DNA of 63,710 nucleotides, the filler included, from Kipferlia bialata (lineage: Eukaryota), in the NCBI GenBank assembly GCA_003568945.1. It is 6 parts of 4 records of this genome, joined end to end, with 100 filler letters (N's around TTAATTAATTAA, not from the genome) between each part and the next. Parts side by side here need not be neighbours in the genome. Positions count along the whole stretch, not along the records: positions 1 to 17,534 come from BDIP01000013.1; 5 more parts are not named here. The stretch is one strand, 5' to 3'. Below the pieces are notes generated by a model, which saw only the letters and a list, made by a program, of their open reading frames with translations, searched no databases and had not been told where the DNA came from. The translations under genes were made by a program, and so were the position numbers. This document shows, piece by piece, positions 1-13,600 of this stretch; the stretch's first letter is position 1, and the number at the start of each line of letters is the position of its first letter.

Positions 1-38
<38 letters not shown>

Positions 39-787
39 ACCCCCCCCCCCTTACCAATCGATAACCCCACCAGGTCTAAATGGACTCATGGTTGACGATA
101 GCTGCATCAGAGCTGAGGTATGTGTCACGGCTCTATCAAATCTTCTCCTCATCACTGTGTGTATACCGATATACATGAGCTCTTACGTATATGGCTGTCT
201 GTGTGTATGTGCAGTGCACACTGATCACCCATCCCCCCCCCACTTTACCCATATATATATATATATATACCTTCATCTGCCAACACCAGGTATCCCGCAC
301 TGTGGGGGAGAGGACCATGAGACTAAAGAGGAGGTACAGCATGTATAGATACACACATAGATACCCCCCCCTAGCCCACACACACACATATACATATAAT
401 CATACACAGTATGAAGAGGACCATAAGACCCTTATACTGAAGAGAAAGCACGGCACACAGTGCCTATTGTATATATTGTCCGTGGACTTACACACTCGCT
501 CACAAAAATGACTCATGTCAGTACTCCTCGTCGTATACGGCATACCCTGAGAGGCAGGGGCACGGTGAGTAAGGATGATACGGGCAATTGTGTCTCTCTT
601 TATGAATACAATGATTACCAATACGCATCGTACATTGAGGAAGTGCGTGAGTGCGTCCGTGTGCTGTCCAGAGATATAGAGAGTCATGTCTCTGCCCAGG
701 CTGGGCGCCCTCCCTAGCTCTCACGTACATTTGTGAATACTATGTGTATTCTGCATAATACTTACACTTTGTCCCCCTCACCCCCAG

Positions 788-1347
788 ACCCAGTCCCCTC
801 CCTTTATCATCCAGGAAACCCTGCCCCATGGAATGCAGGTGGGGGCAATGTATATTACCATATATACTACAACTCCTGGAGTGAGGCATGGGATACATTG
901 CATGTGGCTGGTGGATATTTTGTGGGTTTCCTCTTTCCTAGGGTGCACATGTATGACCTGGCTACACTTGACCTCTCCCACACTGGGACTGAGTATCCAG
1001 ACATCTATGGCTGGTACCCCAAGGGGTCGTGTTCATACAAGGGGTACAAGAAGGGTGACAATGGGGGTAGAAGACGGGCTGCATACAGACGGGGGCCAAT
1101 CGTTGCACTGGATGGAAGGCTATTGGTGACAGACGGAGATTGTGAAGATTATAGTAATGGGTACGGTAGGGCAGCACACGCACACTCCTGTCTAGCCTGG
1201 ATGCTTGACCCATGCAGTGAGGAGTGGACAGCCCTACCCGACAGCCCTCAGTGCATGTACGGGTATCACTCTGGCGTGGTAGATGGTACAGCCCACTTCA
1301 TAAGGGGTACCAGCCACATAACATACAGGGAGGACAAGGGGTGGGAG
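788..1347 (+). CDS. Internal exon of a probable Kelch-type beta-propeller protein (more small exons at about 74-117, 290-333, 410-470, 1422-1545; gene limits unresolved)
   Basis: Bounded by CTCACCCCCAG and GTGAGT. Translation has Kelch-like segments LHVAGG..., IVALDGRLLVTDG, AWMLDPCSEEWTALPDSP, YHSGVVDGTAHFIRG. Confidence 0.45.
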
Positions 1348-2811
1348 GTGAGTGTCACTCTGCTGACACACATTACACCTGGGGGGTGTCAGTCTATGCA
1401 CAGTCCCCTTGATCCCCGTAGGATACACTATCAGCACCACCCCCAATACCTCTAGCACTGTATCCACCCTCAGACACCACATCAACAGGGTCACAGAGGC
1501 CTCGGGGGCAGAGGGGTCAACGGCTAGAGACTCAATCCACCTCATGGTCAGAGAAGGGGATCAGTGTATAATTTATCCATGCTCATACATCTAGCGAACA
1601 CATGTATATGGCCAGTCATCAGTGTGGTGAGACGGAAGCACATTATAGCCGATCCCTCACACACACACACACGGCTTGTATTTTAAATATATATATATAT
1701 GCAAACGCATACGCAAACACCATATGTATACGCTATCTGTATCCTGTATATATATGTATATATATGTATATACACTATCCTATATATAACACATATACAT
1801 ACCATATATATATACTGTGACTACATAATATGTATAACATATATACCTCGTGCAGACAGCCACCACCTGACAGACCACTATCACAGGCAGGACCTGGGGG
1901 GTGGGTATCAGGGTCAGAAGAACAATTGAATCTACTGGTAGTTCAACAGACAATACAGACATGTTGCTAGATGTACCCCATACCTTCAGTTTGTCCATGT
2001 GTCTATGTCCAGAGTGGCATGTCCCACTGATACACCCTCTCTGCTTGAGTCTCCTACTAGACACACCCCTCAGACACAGCATGGACACTAATATGACAGC
2101 CAGGTGTAGAGTCTGCAGTGCATACACTGACAGATAGGCACAGGTGACATCCCAGCCATGCTGAAACAGGGTGGCACTATCCACGTCTACCCCATTATGG
2201 ATGCACCATGTGTAGTCAAATGATGCTATGCACACGACAGAGAGAGCTGCCAAGGAGGATACGAGGAGTGATACATGATGCACATGATGGTAGGCACGGG
2301 GCGAGACAATGCCACGGAAGACCTGTGGTCAAGGGTCATACTGTACTGGGATGTCAATGCATATCATATATCCCCCCACCAGCATATAGTGATTGTAGAG
2401 GTGTATGGAATACACCACGCCAACACATCTTTACATATATAGAGGGAGTAGTTTTCAAATACCATCGCCTGTATGAACAGTAATCACAATGGTATTGAGC
2501 ACATCACCCGTACGTACCCAGGGGGCTGATAGTGTATTATATACATAGAGTGAAGCATCTATACACACACACATATATATATGCCAACCTGTATAAAGAG
2601 AATGCACAGGGGTATTGACCCCAGCACTATCCTGACTCCCAAGGTGCATAGAGACATGGTGGCCAGTCTGACAGGCACATTCCACTCATCAGGGGATGGT
2701 GCAGCCACGAGGAGGTAGAAGAGATGGACAGAGGTGGTGAAGAGACTGGAGTTAGGAAAGATGAGAAAAGGAATAGAGAGAGAGAGAAGGGGGAGGCGGG
2801 GAAGGGGGGGT

Positions 2812-2846
<35 letters not shown>

Positions 2847-3349
2847 ACTAACCTGTGAAGGTTGTGTGCGAATATCGTTGGTCGTGGCCCTACCGGTGTG
2901 CCTGGTAATGCTGGTGTGAGGGGGGAATACGATTTCCTAATAATAGTTGGGTCCAGTCAACAAAGCAGTGCATGGGTTCCAGGATGGTGCATGTATAGAT
3001 ACCACAGTGACACAGTATCTACAGAGCACTACCATCACACTATGAGGTATACTCAGTGTACACACAAGGCAATGGGGGTGGAATAGTACAGACACATACG
3101 TGAGTTGCTGGCCCGGTTTCTATCGGCCGCACGGTCCAGGCTCATCCTATCTGGGTGTGCCCAGCGCAGGAATACACCCTATCCCTGCTCTGTACGTGTG
3201 GTATGCTTACTAGGCACCCAGTAAAGTATTATGAAGAGAGTGTGAAGATTTCAGTGAGAGAGGTGACCTTACTCCAATGATTCTCACTTTATCTTCTCTG
3301 TCCCAAGTTGGGACTCCCAACCTCTTTCTCTCTTTCGTCACTGTTAAAC

Positions 3350-5174
3350 ATGTCTTTCCGTGAGGTTGAGTACTGCCCCCTGTGCGGCGTCCCCTTTGAG
3401 TACTGCGGCATCAACGGCAGCCGCAAGGCCGCCGAGGCCTGCAAGGCGTGGCTCCAGGTCAGTATATATATAGATATACATTTAGATATACTGGTACTGA
3501 TACCAGGCCAACCGCCCCGAGCTCTTCACCCTCATCCACAACGAGGAGGCAGACGCAGCCGTCAACCCCCTGCCCACCACAGAGACCGCACCCCAGAAGG
3601 CCAAGCAGCTCGCGGTGAGTGGTGTATACATTGATAGCAACTAACGTTGTGTCGACACAGATATGCCCTATTCTATATGTATGTTCTACTACAGAAGGCC
3701 AAGCAGCTCGCGGTGAGTGTTGGATGGGTGTATACTGATGGCAGTATATATGCTCACATACGTTGTGTCGATACAGATATGGCCATCTAATCAGTTCTCC
3801 TGTTCATCTTGTCCTCACCCAGGTCCCCCCCTTCGGATGCCCCAGGAACCCCGCCAAGCACTACGACGCATGTGTCCAGGTATTGTATATTACAGTATAT
3901 ACTATGGTATTCCATGGTATCATCACATCTCTATGTCTCGCTATTATGTATACAGCCCCCCTCACGCCAGGTCAGGATCGCCCAGGGATGCGGCCGCAAG
4001 CAGTTCACCCAGATCGACGGATACGACCTCTTCCCCCAGATTGAGGTGAGGGGACACCTTGTACCATGATACACATCTCTCGGACTGTGTATCTATATGT
4101 GTGTGTTGTGTCTCTCTCTCATACCAAGAAGCTAGTCAAGCAGTTCAGGCACCGTGTCCCATCTCTCTCACTATATATATATATATATGTATATGTATTC
4201 GTGTCTCTTATATCTGATACTGATACTCCAGGCCAAGAAGCTTGTCAAGCAGTTCAGGCACCAGTGATATTGTCTGTCAATCTATATGTCCCATATCCCT
4301 CTCACCATATCTCTGTATATATGAATATGTATACATATATATGTTTCTCTCTCACCCCCAGGCCAAGAAGCTTGTCAAGCAGTTCAGGCACCGTGTCCCA
4401 TCTCTCTCTCACTATATATATGTATATATATATATATATATGTATGTGTGTGAGTGTGTCTCTCTCTCATCCCCAGGCCAAGAAGCTTGTCAAGCAGTTC
4501 AGGCACCGCTTTGCCTGTGGTGTGGCCGAGACTGAGCTGTACTCCGGCGGCATGGTCATTGAGATGCAGGGGTGAGTGGGTATACTCTAGTGATTGATAT
4601 ATACTCTAGTGATTGAGATGCAGGGGTGAGTGCTTACCTACTCTCTCTCTCTCTGTACACACTACCAGTATATTATACTCCATCTCTCTGTAAATGTACA
4701 TACTCTGGCGGCATGGTCATTGAGATGCAGGGGTGAGTGGATGGTGTGTGTATCCTTTGGTATAGTCTCTTGTGTTGTGAGGTTATGCTGTTGGAGCAGT
4801 TACCTCTCCCTCCCCTCCCTCCCCTCCCTCCCCTTTCCCAGTGCCACGGTAAATCAATGAGTTCAAGACAGTCACACTACTATCCCTCTCTCTCTCTCTC
4901 TCGCTCTATCAATATATACTAGTGTATCCCTTACGCCCCAGTGCGTATGTCAACGAGTGCAAGGCCATCATGCTGGAGCTAGGCATCCCCAAGGAGCTGG
5001 TGCTGGACGCTGCACCGGTATGTGTACTGTCTCCCTCTCTCTCTCTTGCTCTCTCTTACCCTCAATGGCAAGTGAATATATATGGAGATAGATAGATACT
5101 CACCCCAGGGCAAGAAGGGCGGCAGGAAGAAGGGCCCCAAGCGCATTGAGAAGAGGGTCATCGGGGTCAAGTAG
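3350..5174 (+). CDS. DENR: Density-regulated protein / Tma22 (Zn-binding N-terminus + SUI1 domain), 7 exons
   Basis: Spliced translation MSFREVEYCPLCGVPFEYCG...CKAWLQ...VRIAQGCGRKQFTQIDGYDLF...AKKLVKQFRHRFACGVA...VIEMQG. Exons about 3350-3457, 3507-3614, 3823-3879, 3971-4045, 4477-4571, 4942-5017, 5109-5174 (TAG). Confidence 0.85.
4120..4740 (+). repeat. Intronic direct repeats of DENR exon 5 ends (exon echoes)
   Basis: CCAAGAAGCTWGTCAAGCAGTTCAGGCACC at about 4124, 4233, 4363 and in the real exon 4477. ATTGAGATGCAGGGGTGAGTG at about 4558 (real), 4612, 4719. Confidence 0.9.
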
Positions 5175-5365
5175 ATGAAGAGTCAATAGACACCCGTCAG
5201 TGTATGTTTGTACAGTATACACACGCACACTTTATTATCTTACACTTCAACCGAATGACGAAGGACACTGGGTAGATCCAGATAGATGGATACACTCCCT
5301 TCTCTCTCTCTCTCTCTCTCTCTTACTGCCTCCTCTCCCTTGCCTCCTCCGCCACGGGTGACACA

Positions 5366-5398
<33 letters not shown>

Positions 5399-5399
<1 letters not shown>

Positions 5400-7030
5400 T
5401 ACTGCCTCCTCTCCCTTGCCTCCTCTGCCACGGGTGACACAGGCACAGGGGTATCCAAGGGGGAGAGAGAGGCAGAGGCAGAGGCAGAGGGACTGGACTT
5501 GATGGGAGTGGTCTCAAGGGCCACGATGGGCACACATCTACACAGTGAGAGGAGAATATACTATAGTCAAATTACAATATACTCCAGAACCCCACCTTGT
5601 GTGCTGCCACGAGAGCGGGTCTGACCCGTCCTTCCCAGCCACTATACACCCCACCCTGGTCAGGAACCAGTCAGCGGTGAACCTGATGGATGAGGCTATA
5701 CATAATGAATGAATATATGAATACAGTGAAAACGCATATACCAACCCATCTGTACTCTATGGTGTCCCAGACACACAGACTGTATAGTATATAGTGTATC
5801 TCATAAATACTGAGTATACTAGTAATTATATTTGAGGGTTAGTTACTCCCACCTGTACTCTATGGTGTCGAGACAGACTGACAGTATAGTATTTGATATA
5901 ACTACATATATACCACACAGAGCGCATCCTACCAACCATCTATGAAGAATGAAAGCATAATATACCTGTACTCTATGGTGTCGAGACAGACTGACAGCAC
6001 CAGCCATGCACCCAGGGTTAGGACAGCCCTGAGTACAATGGCCAGAGAGTCACGGCTGTTCATCCAGCCTGACTGTGAGTGGTCTGTATATAAATACCAC
6101 TCTATATACCACTCTATACATATATGTGTACTACATACCAATGATGTATCTCATCCATGAACCGTAGTGGGTATATACATATATATACATACAGATATAT
6201 AGATATACATGTGTACACAAACATGTACATACACATCCATACCTATGATGTTCTCATCCATGAACCGTAGTGGGTATGAGACCGGTCCATCCACACAGAA
6301 CTCAAGGGCAAAGACAGACAGGGACATGGTGCTGAACCTTTATATAAGGTATATGTATATAGAATGGGTGGTCGGTCATCAGTATACTGATACATATATA
6401 TAGATATAGATATAGACTCAAGGGCAAACACAGACAGGGACATGGTGCTGAACCTACGGGTAAGACCATACCTACATATAAATATAGAAACACATGCCTA
6501 CAGGAGTAGACGAATGCCTGGGTGTGGTATACATGGTTTACATATATATACATATACATTATATCTTATATATATACATACACAGACTCCAGAGGTCACC
6601 CCACCTCCTGACCCAGAGCGTTGCTCTTGTCCTGTTGACCGCTGTCTGTCTGTCTGTCCTCTCAAAGAGGTATATGAACCAGGTCAGCATCAGGGTCTCC
6701 AGGCTAGACAGCAGGTAGTACTGGGGGACGCTCATGAAGTTGAAGGCAAGGTCCACAGGGACCTATCAGAGTTAGACGACATATACAAGAATGATGACAA
6801 ATCTATATATACTTCTTAATAAGGGAATCTATCCAATATATACATAGTATATAGATATGAGGACGCTCATGAAGTTGAAGGCAAGGTCAACAGGAACCTA
6901 GTATTGGAAGGTGATTGTAGGAAACGTGAATAACAGCAATGCGCACGTCACATATGTAGAGATAGATACTCATGTGCACCTCCTGGTCTACCACATGTAT
7001 ATGCATAATGTATATACATAATGTGCATCA

Positions 7031-7076
<46 letters not shown>

Positions 7077-10000
7077 TAGAGACTCATGCGCACCTCCTGG
7101 TCTGCCACGTCTGGAGATGTGTAACACTGAATATAAATCCATATGTATATAAATACATATATATGCGCATGTGCGCACCTCCTGGTCTGCCACGTCTGGT
7201 GATGTGACCAGCATGTCCAGTCCATAGTAGACAGTGGTGATGACAGCCATGACGGCATAGGGTATGGCACTCCACCACAATAGAGATAGGACACGGGCAC
7301 TGGAGGGGGACTCGAGGGGGGGGGAGGCAGACTGAGGGGTAAGGGTATATATATACATATATATATATGAGAGTGTCTATACATATAAGCATGTTATACA
7401 TATCACTGGAGGGAGACTCGAGGGGGGGGGGGAGGCAGACTGATGATGAGTGTATAGTTAAATGTATACATGTGTGTGTGAATAGGAAAGTGGTATCCCC
7501 ACCTCCACGTTGTCCCCATCCACAGGCACAGCACCAGAGGCAGGGGTAGCTGCCACTGCTGTCTCCCCTCGTGTGTCTGCACAGTGTCTAAGTACAACAC
7601 CCACAGCAACACCCTACAGTCAGTACTACATGCATCAATACAGTATCAGTATCATCAGCATCAGTGTCTATAGTAGATGTATATGACACGATAGCATACC
7701 ATACCTGGAGGATGCTGCCGAAGAAGGGGAAGACACCAACTAGCCAGCCACTGGAGTCAGCATATGAAGGAAATATCCACAACCATTGATAGACACAGAG
7801 ACGTATGTTCATGGCAACCACCCCTGATCATTCAAGCAATACAGTATCAGATCAAGCATATATCCTATCCCCTGTACCTGAGTGCGTGTGGCCACAGGAG
7901 TGAGTAGTACCCCATCCTAGTAGTGTCTATGGATGTGTCCCTAGTTGTTGCATACTCGTATCTAGTCCACCCCCTGTATCTCCTGACCCACTCTCTGACA
8001 GGCTCAGTGAACAAGGGTATCACTAGGGACAGGGTGTAGAAGGCACCGGCTAGCACCAGTGATGTCCTGAGTGCTGAGACACCCTTGGGCGCCACCCTCC
8101 TTATGACAGAGAGGCAGAGGGGGACAACCAAGGCTAGGACTAGCACTAACAGGGGGAAGGCAATGGCGAAGAAGGAGAGGGGGTTGGACTCAACCTGGCC
8201 CATCTGGTACCACCTGGGGGGAAGTGAGGGGATACAAAATATAACATATTGTGAGTGTATATAGAGCAAGTAGACATAGAGAGAGAGACAGAGTATGTAC
8301 CTGTAGAGCCAGAACACCTCGTTGTCTGGTATGCACTGGTACCACACACCCCTCAGCCACTGCTGCACAGCTGGGGGTGAGACATATGTCATACAGAGAG
8401 AGTAATACAATACAAGAGATCTCACTATGACGATAGATAACATTAATGACATAGATCAATGTAGCCCCGCAGCCACTGCTGCACAGCTGGGGGTGGGGTG
8501 AGACAAAGGTATGCATGTCGTTGCACAATATGAATGCAAGAGACTTTGATACTGTTAACTATCATTCAAGTATCCTACCTACGAGTCCCAACATGATGAC
8601 CATGCTGGTCACATATATGCGAGTGTATACACGCTGTTGCCCTATAAGTATATGTCAGAGATATAAGTAATGCATACTACCACTTCATTACCTACCAGTC
8701 CAAAGAGGATGACCATGCTGGACACATTGTAAGCAGTATATATTGGAGTCCAACATAGTGTGTACTAATACCTATAGCAGCCTGCCCTACCTACCAGTCC
8801 AAAGAGGATGACCATGCTGGACACGTATCTGGCAAAGAGGGAGATACAGTATGCCCTGTATCTAGCAGCCCCCTTGCTGAGTTGCTTGACTGCATTGGCG
8901 ACCTGCACATAGCCGAAGACAGTACCAGAGACCTGGATGTTAGCTTAGATGGTATGTATACTGAGGGTATATACACTATTGATGAGGGACATCGCCAAAC
9001 TCTGTGCAGAGACCTAGAGTCAGTATAAGATAGGTGTATACATTTGTGATGAGATAGAGAGAGGCTATATACAATGGACAGAGCCAAACACAGTGCCAGA
9101 GACCTAGATGTGAGAAGGTATTGACATATATGAATATACTGAGGCAACTGCTTCACAATGAAGAATAGAAACACGGACAAAGGTAGTTCCAGAGATCTTG
9201 TGATGAAATGAGTTATCTCTCTCTCATATGCAGAGGCATACACTCATGTGACCCACCTGGATGAAGAACCCCCTCCACCCACTGAATATGACTGTGGGAA
9301 TGAAGAGAAGGATGGTCAACTTCTTGGCCAGGGTGTCCATCTCCTGGGGTGTGAGAGGGGAGGAGACACGTATTGTATATATACGAATTAGTGTATGTAG
9401 AGACACGTATATGTATACTACTGGACAAATGTTCATCTCAGGCGGAATGAGCATTGAAGAGAACGTGAGAGAGGCATGGTGATATTATTATTCAGATGCA
9501 CCCACCAGGTACCAGTGTGTGTCTGCCGACCCCCCCGTGGTATGGGCAAAGAGCATGCCCAGGATGGCCAGACCACGGGCAAAGTCCCTAGGATGAGTAA
9601 ACATATAGATATAGAGGGTACATACTTTAAGCAAGTTCAGAACTTGCCCAGAGCTCTGTATATGAATATATATCTTTGTATCTAGTCAATCAGATCATCG
9701 CCATACACACATTGACTAACCGTTGAGAATACAGTATAATATAGTGTCACTTCCGCCTCACATCGAGACCAGCCTCTTGTATCAGTAGTGGTATCAGTAT
9801 CTAATACTATACCCCATAATCACATCGAGACTTGGACCATAGCCGTACAGGTATAGGTATAGAGCAATCAAACATTATAGATACAGTGTCACATCGACCT
9901 ATTGATATGGTTATAGTTATATATGGTTACAACTATATTGCTGCACATCCGACTCACATCGAGACCTCTCTGTATCAGTAGTGGCATGAGTATCTAATAC

Positions 10001-10232
10001 ACTATATACTCACATCGAGACCAGCCTCTTGGGCCCATGTGCCTGGGGGGGAGGGAACACTAGGGCATGGATGTCATGCAGCACCTTGCCCAGGGGGGAA
10101 GCACTGCGTAAGGGTGAATCCAAATTATGCATAGAGAGAGATGGCGGGGGGGGGGGGGGGGGAAAGGGGGGGGGGGGGGGGGGGAGGGGGGGGGGGATAT
10201 TGAGTAGGAGAGACAGAGGATACTCACATCAT
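5399..10232 (-). CDS. Multi-pass membrane acyltransferase, HGSNAT catalytic-domain / DUF1624-like, many exons
   Basis: ATG at 10232. Micro-exons (10228-10232, 10085-10103, 10014-10042) splice to MIASPLGKAHGPKRLVSMDFARGLAILGMLFAH, the RLxSxDxxRGxAIxxM motif, followed by many hydrophobic TM exons. Ends ...EEARERRQ TAA at 5399. Confidence 0.7.
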
Positions 10233-10628
10233 GGCTATGGCAGGTGAGGCCTAGAGGGGCTCTGTGTCCGACGCAGGCTCTGGTTGACAGATAAAGGTCT
10301 CTCAGGTAGGTGGTCAGTCAGTGATACACAATGGGTCACTCTAGTACAGGACTCTCTCGATCCGACAAGGAACTACTAAACTACACTCTAGGTACTGAAT
10401 ACACACTCCTCTGATCCCAGGAGTGACCACACACCCAGTGACACTGTACCAGAAGAAGAGTGTGGGGGTTGTGGTAAAGTATGAACCCTACACCCTTTTC
10501 TCTCTTTTGTATCCTTGATTAATGGATTGGCAGGTGGACGAAACTTGCCCTCTCTCTCACAGTGGGCATTATAGCAGGGCGTTCAGCGATACGAACAGTG
10601 GGGACAGCCCACTCAGGTCACCTATCTG

Positions 10629-13600
10629 ATGGGCGACTACGCCGCTGTCCTGTATGCCGATCTGCTGGAGGGGATAGAGGCCCCGCCCTTCTACAATGTG
10701 ACAGGGACATACCCTGGCCTGAGTGTAGCTGAAGGTATTTCAAACACATATACCATCTCTTGATACGTATCCATGTGTATGGCGGTTAGTGGGACCCCCC
10801 TGGTGTATGTGAGAGTTGGTATGTGGTGCAATGCATGAGTTAACCCAGAAGTTGAGTCAACTTCGTTGACACAGCAGATGAGACGCTGACCACCTGCTGT
10901 ATAGTATTGTAAAGTGTTGTATATATAGCATAGCGTATGACTCTATATTCTCCCTGTTCTATGTATTATTATGGCACACTATCATGTATGTACCTCTTTG
11001 GTATGTGTCCGTGTGTATAGCATACCTAGTGAATAGTACAGTACTCCCTATAGTCCCCCACCCCAGGCGAGACCCTCCCCACCCTGTTGAAGTGTGAGTG
11101 CTGCGGCCGTGTCTCCCTACAGTCCATTGTGTGCTACCCCTGTGGATGCACCCTGTGCAGGATGTGCCTGGAGGATGCAGCCCAGACAGAGACACCAGGC
11201 CCCCCCAACTCATACCCCCCCTGCCCCTTGTGCAAGGAGCCCATAGAGAGGATAGGGGTGGACCAGCAGCTCAGCAACCAGGTAGGGAGTGTATCTATCT
11301 TTGTATAGATGTATATACATATGGAGAGAGAGAGGATAGGGGTGGACCAGCAGCTCATTAACCAGGTATAGTATACTTTTCTACATGTAGACAGATAGAT
11401 ATATATGCATATACATATGGAGGGAGCATGGAGGGAGAATGGGAATGGGAATGGAGCAGCAGCTCAGTAACCAGGTAGGGAGTGTGTATATATGTGTATA
11501 CGATGGTAGAGAGAGAGAGAGACCAGCTCAGTAGCTTGGCAGGGGACTGTATGTATCATAGGGACCTATATACAATGCCTTTCGTTGTCTCAGCTTTCAC
11601 TCTCTCTCTCTCTCATCCCCAGGTTCAGCGCATAGTGTTCAGATGCCCCCACAACACACCCTCTCGTCCAGATGCATGTGACTGGAGGTAGGGGAATATG
11701 TGTATTGAGTTTGTCACTTTTAGGTGGTAGGGCTAGTCTATTGTATCCATTGTGTGGACACATATATGCATATGTATCTGCTGTGTATCAAGTGCTGTGT
11801 AGTATGCCCCCAGGGGCTATGCCGCGGAATTGAATAGTAATCAGTTATGTATATTATATATTCATGTATATATACATTTATAATATTAATTTTATATCAC
11901 AGTCCATGTAACTGTCTACCCCCTCACCGCCAGGGGCTATGCCGAGTAAGTGACTCAGTAATACTGTATATATGTGTGTCTATACGTCTACCCCCCCACC
12001 CCCAGGGGCTATGCCGAGGGTGTGACTCAGTAATACTGTATATATGTGTGTCTATATGTGTATACCCCCTCACCGCCAGGGGCTATGCCGAGGGTGTCAC
12101 AGCCCATGCCAAGCACTGCCCATACGCCATGAGCACAAACCCATTCCAGGTATGTATATACACTGTTATGCCTGGTCTGTATATTTGTCTGCTTACACAC
12201 AGGGTCTCAAGAGGTCTCTCTCTCTCTGTATGTGAATCTCTCTACACCCGTACTCATTGCCAGGGTCTCAAGCGGTCTCTAGTCAGTGCCGTCTCCCGCT
12301 CCTCCCTTGTCTCCAAGTCCCCTTCCCTAGTCAGTGTACAGAAGCCAGCACCGGCTCTACCAGCCCCGAGGAGCACTAGGTATAGTACATAGATACGTGT
12401 ATTCCTTAGCTATGTACCTCGTATGTATCTGACCCCAGGACCTCCCCCTCTGTCTCCATAGGGCGTCGGCCCCCACCCCCCATACCCCCCTCCAGGAGTG
12501 TCAGGCCATCGGTCAGACCCAGTCCCACCCCTGCTACTAGGCACACACCTGCACCTGTGCATGCACAGCCAGGAGAGACTGTGGGTCAGACACGGTGAGT
12601 GGATGTGCATGTGGATAATAGAATACATGATGTATTTGCATACATATATACATATCCCCTCACCCCCAGCGTGCAGTGCCCCCACTGTCAGGGTATGTAC
12701 CCTGTGCTGTCACTGTCGGCACACGCGTCAACATGTAAAGGTACCGCATGGGTTATATATTTCATAGTCCTTGGATCTGTACTGACACCTAGGTGCCCAG
12801 CACTCCTGCTCCGTCCTATCAACACCTTACCCCTATATATTGTTTTCTGTATATAGGTACACAGTCCTAACCCTAACAGGTGCTCAGCACTCCTGCCCCG
12901 TGCCGGGTTGTGTAAATAGAGTGGGAGGGGGCGAGGCAGCGTGGCTGTCCCACCTCACCGACAGGGGGCATGATGGACATGACTCACCCCTGGCACAGCA
13001 CATGGCGGCATTGATGGTGCAGGTATGTATATGTAGATGTAATATTACATACCCTTCCACTGTTAGTAGGGATTGGTTCTCGACATTACCACCACAGACA
13101 CCCATTGCTAACTGCAGGTCGAGGGCATTGGCCGGGATGGAGTGGACCTTGGGGATGAGAGAGGCCTGGTGCGAAGGGTGGCATACCTAGAGGGGGAGAG
13201 AGAGAGGATGGAGAGAGAGACCAGTGCACTCAGAGAGGAGGTACAAACTCTACTGTACATGCATGTATTCTTTAGTATACTGTATATACATATATATAGG
13301 TGTCTGACCCTCCCAGGTAGCTTCTCTGCGTGAGACTGTGTCCCAGCTGTCTGCCTTAGTGTCAGTATCATGTGACACACCCTCTACCATGAGGAGGGGG
13401 TCATCGTCATCGGGGATAGGGATAGGGGAGAGGGAGAGAGAGGGGAGGAGAGGGTCATCGGGTAGATCTAGGAGGGGATCGACAGACGGTAGGGGGGAGA
13501 GGGAGAGTGGCCGTGTTGGGAGAGAGAGGGCCATGAGTCGGGGAGAGGGCTCTGGAGACCTACCCCACCCGCGTACCCTGAGCACGTCTCTCTCGAAGAG

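Noticed and set aside
4120..4510. Spaced 30-nt direct repeats as a CRISPR array
   Set aside because: Repeats are exon sequence with splice sites, spacers are irregular and low-complexity, no cas genes, eukaryotic context.
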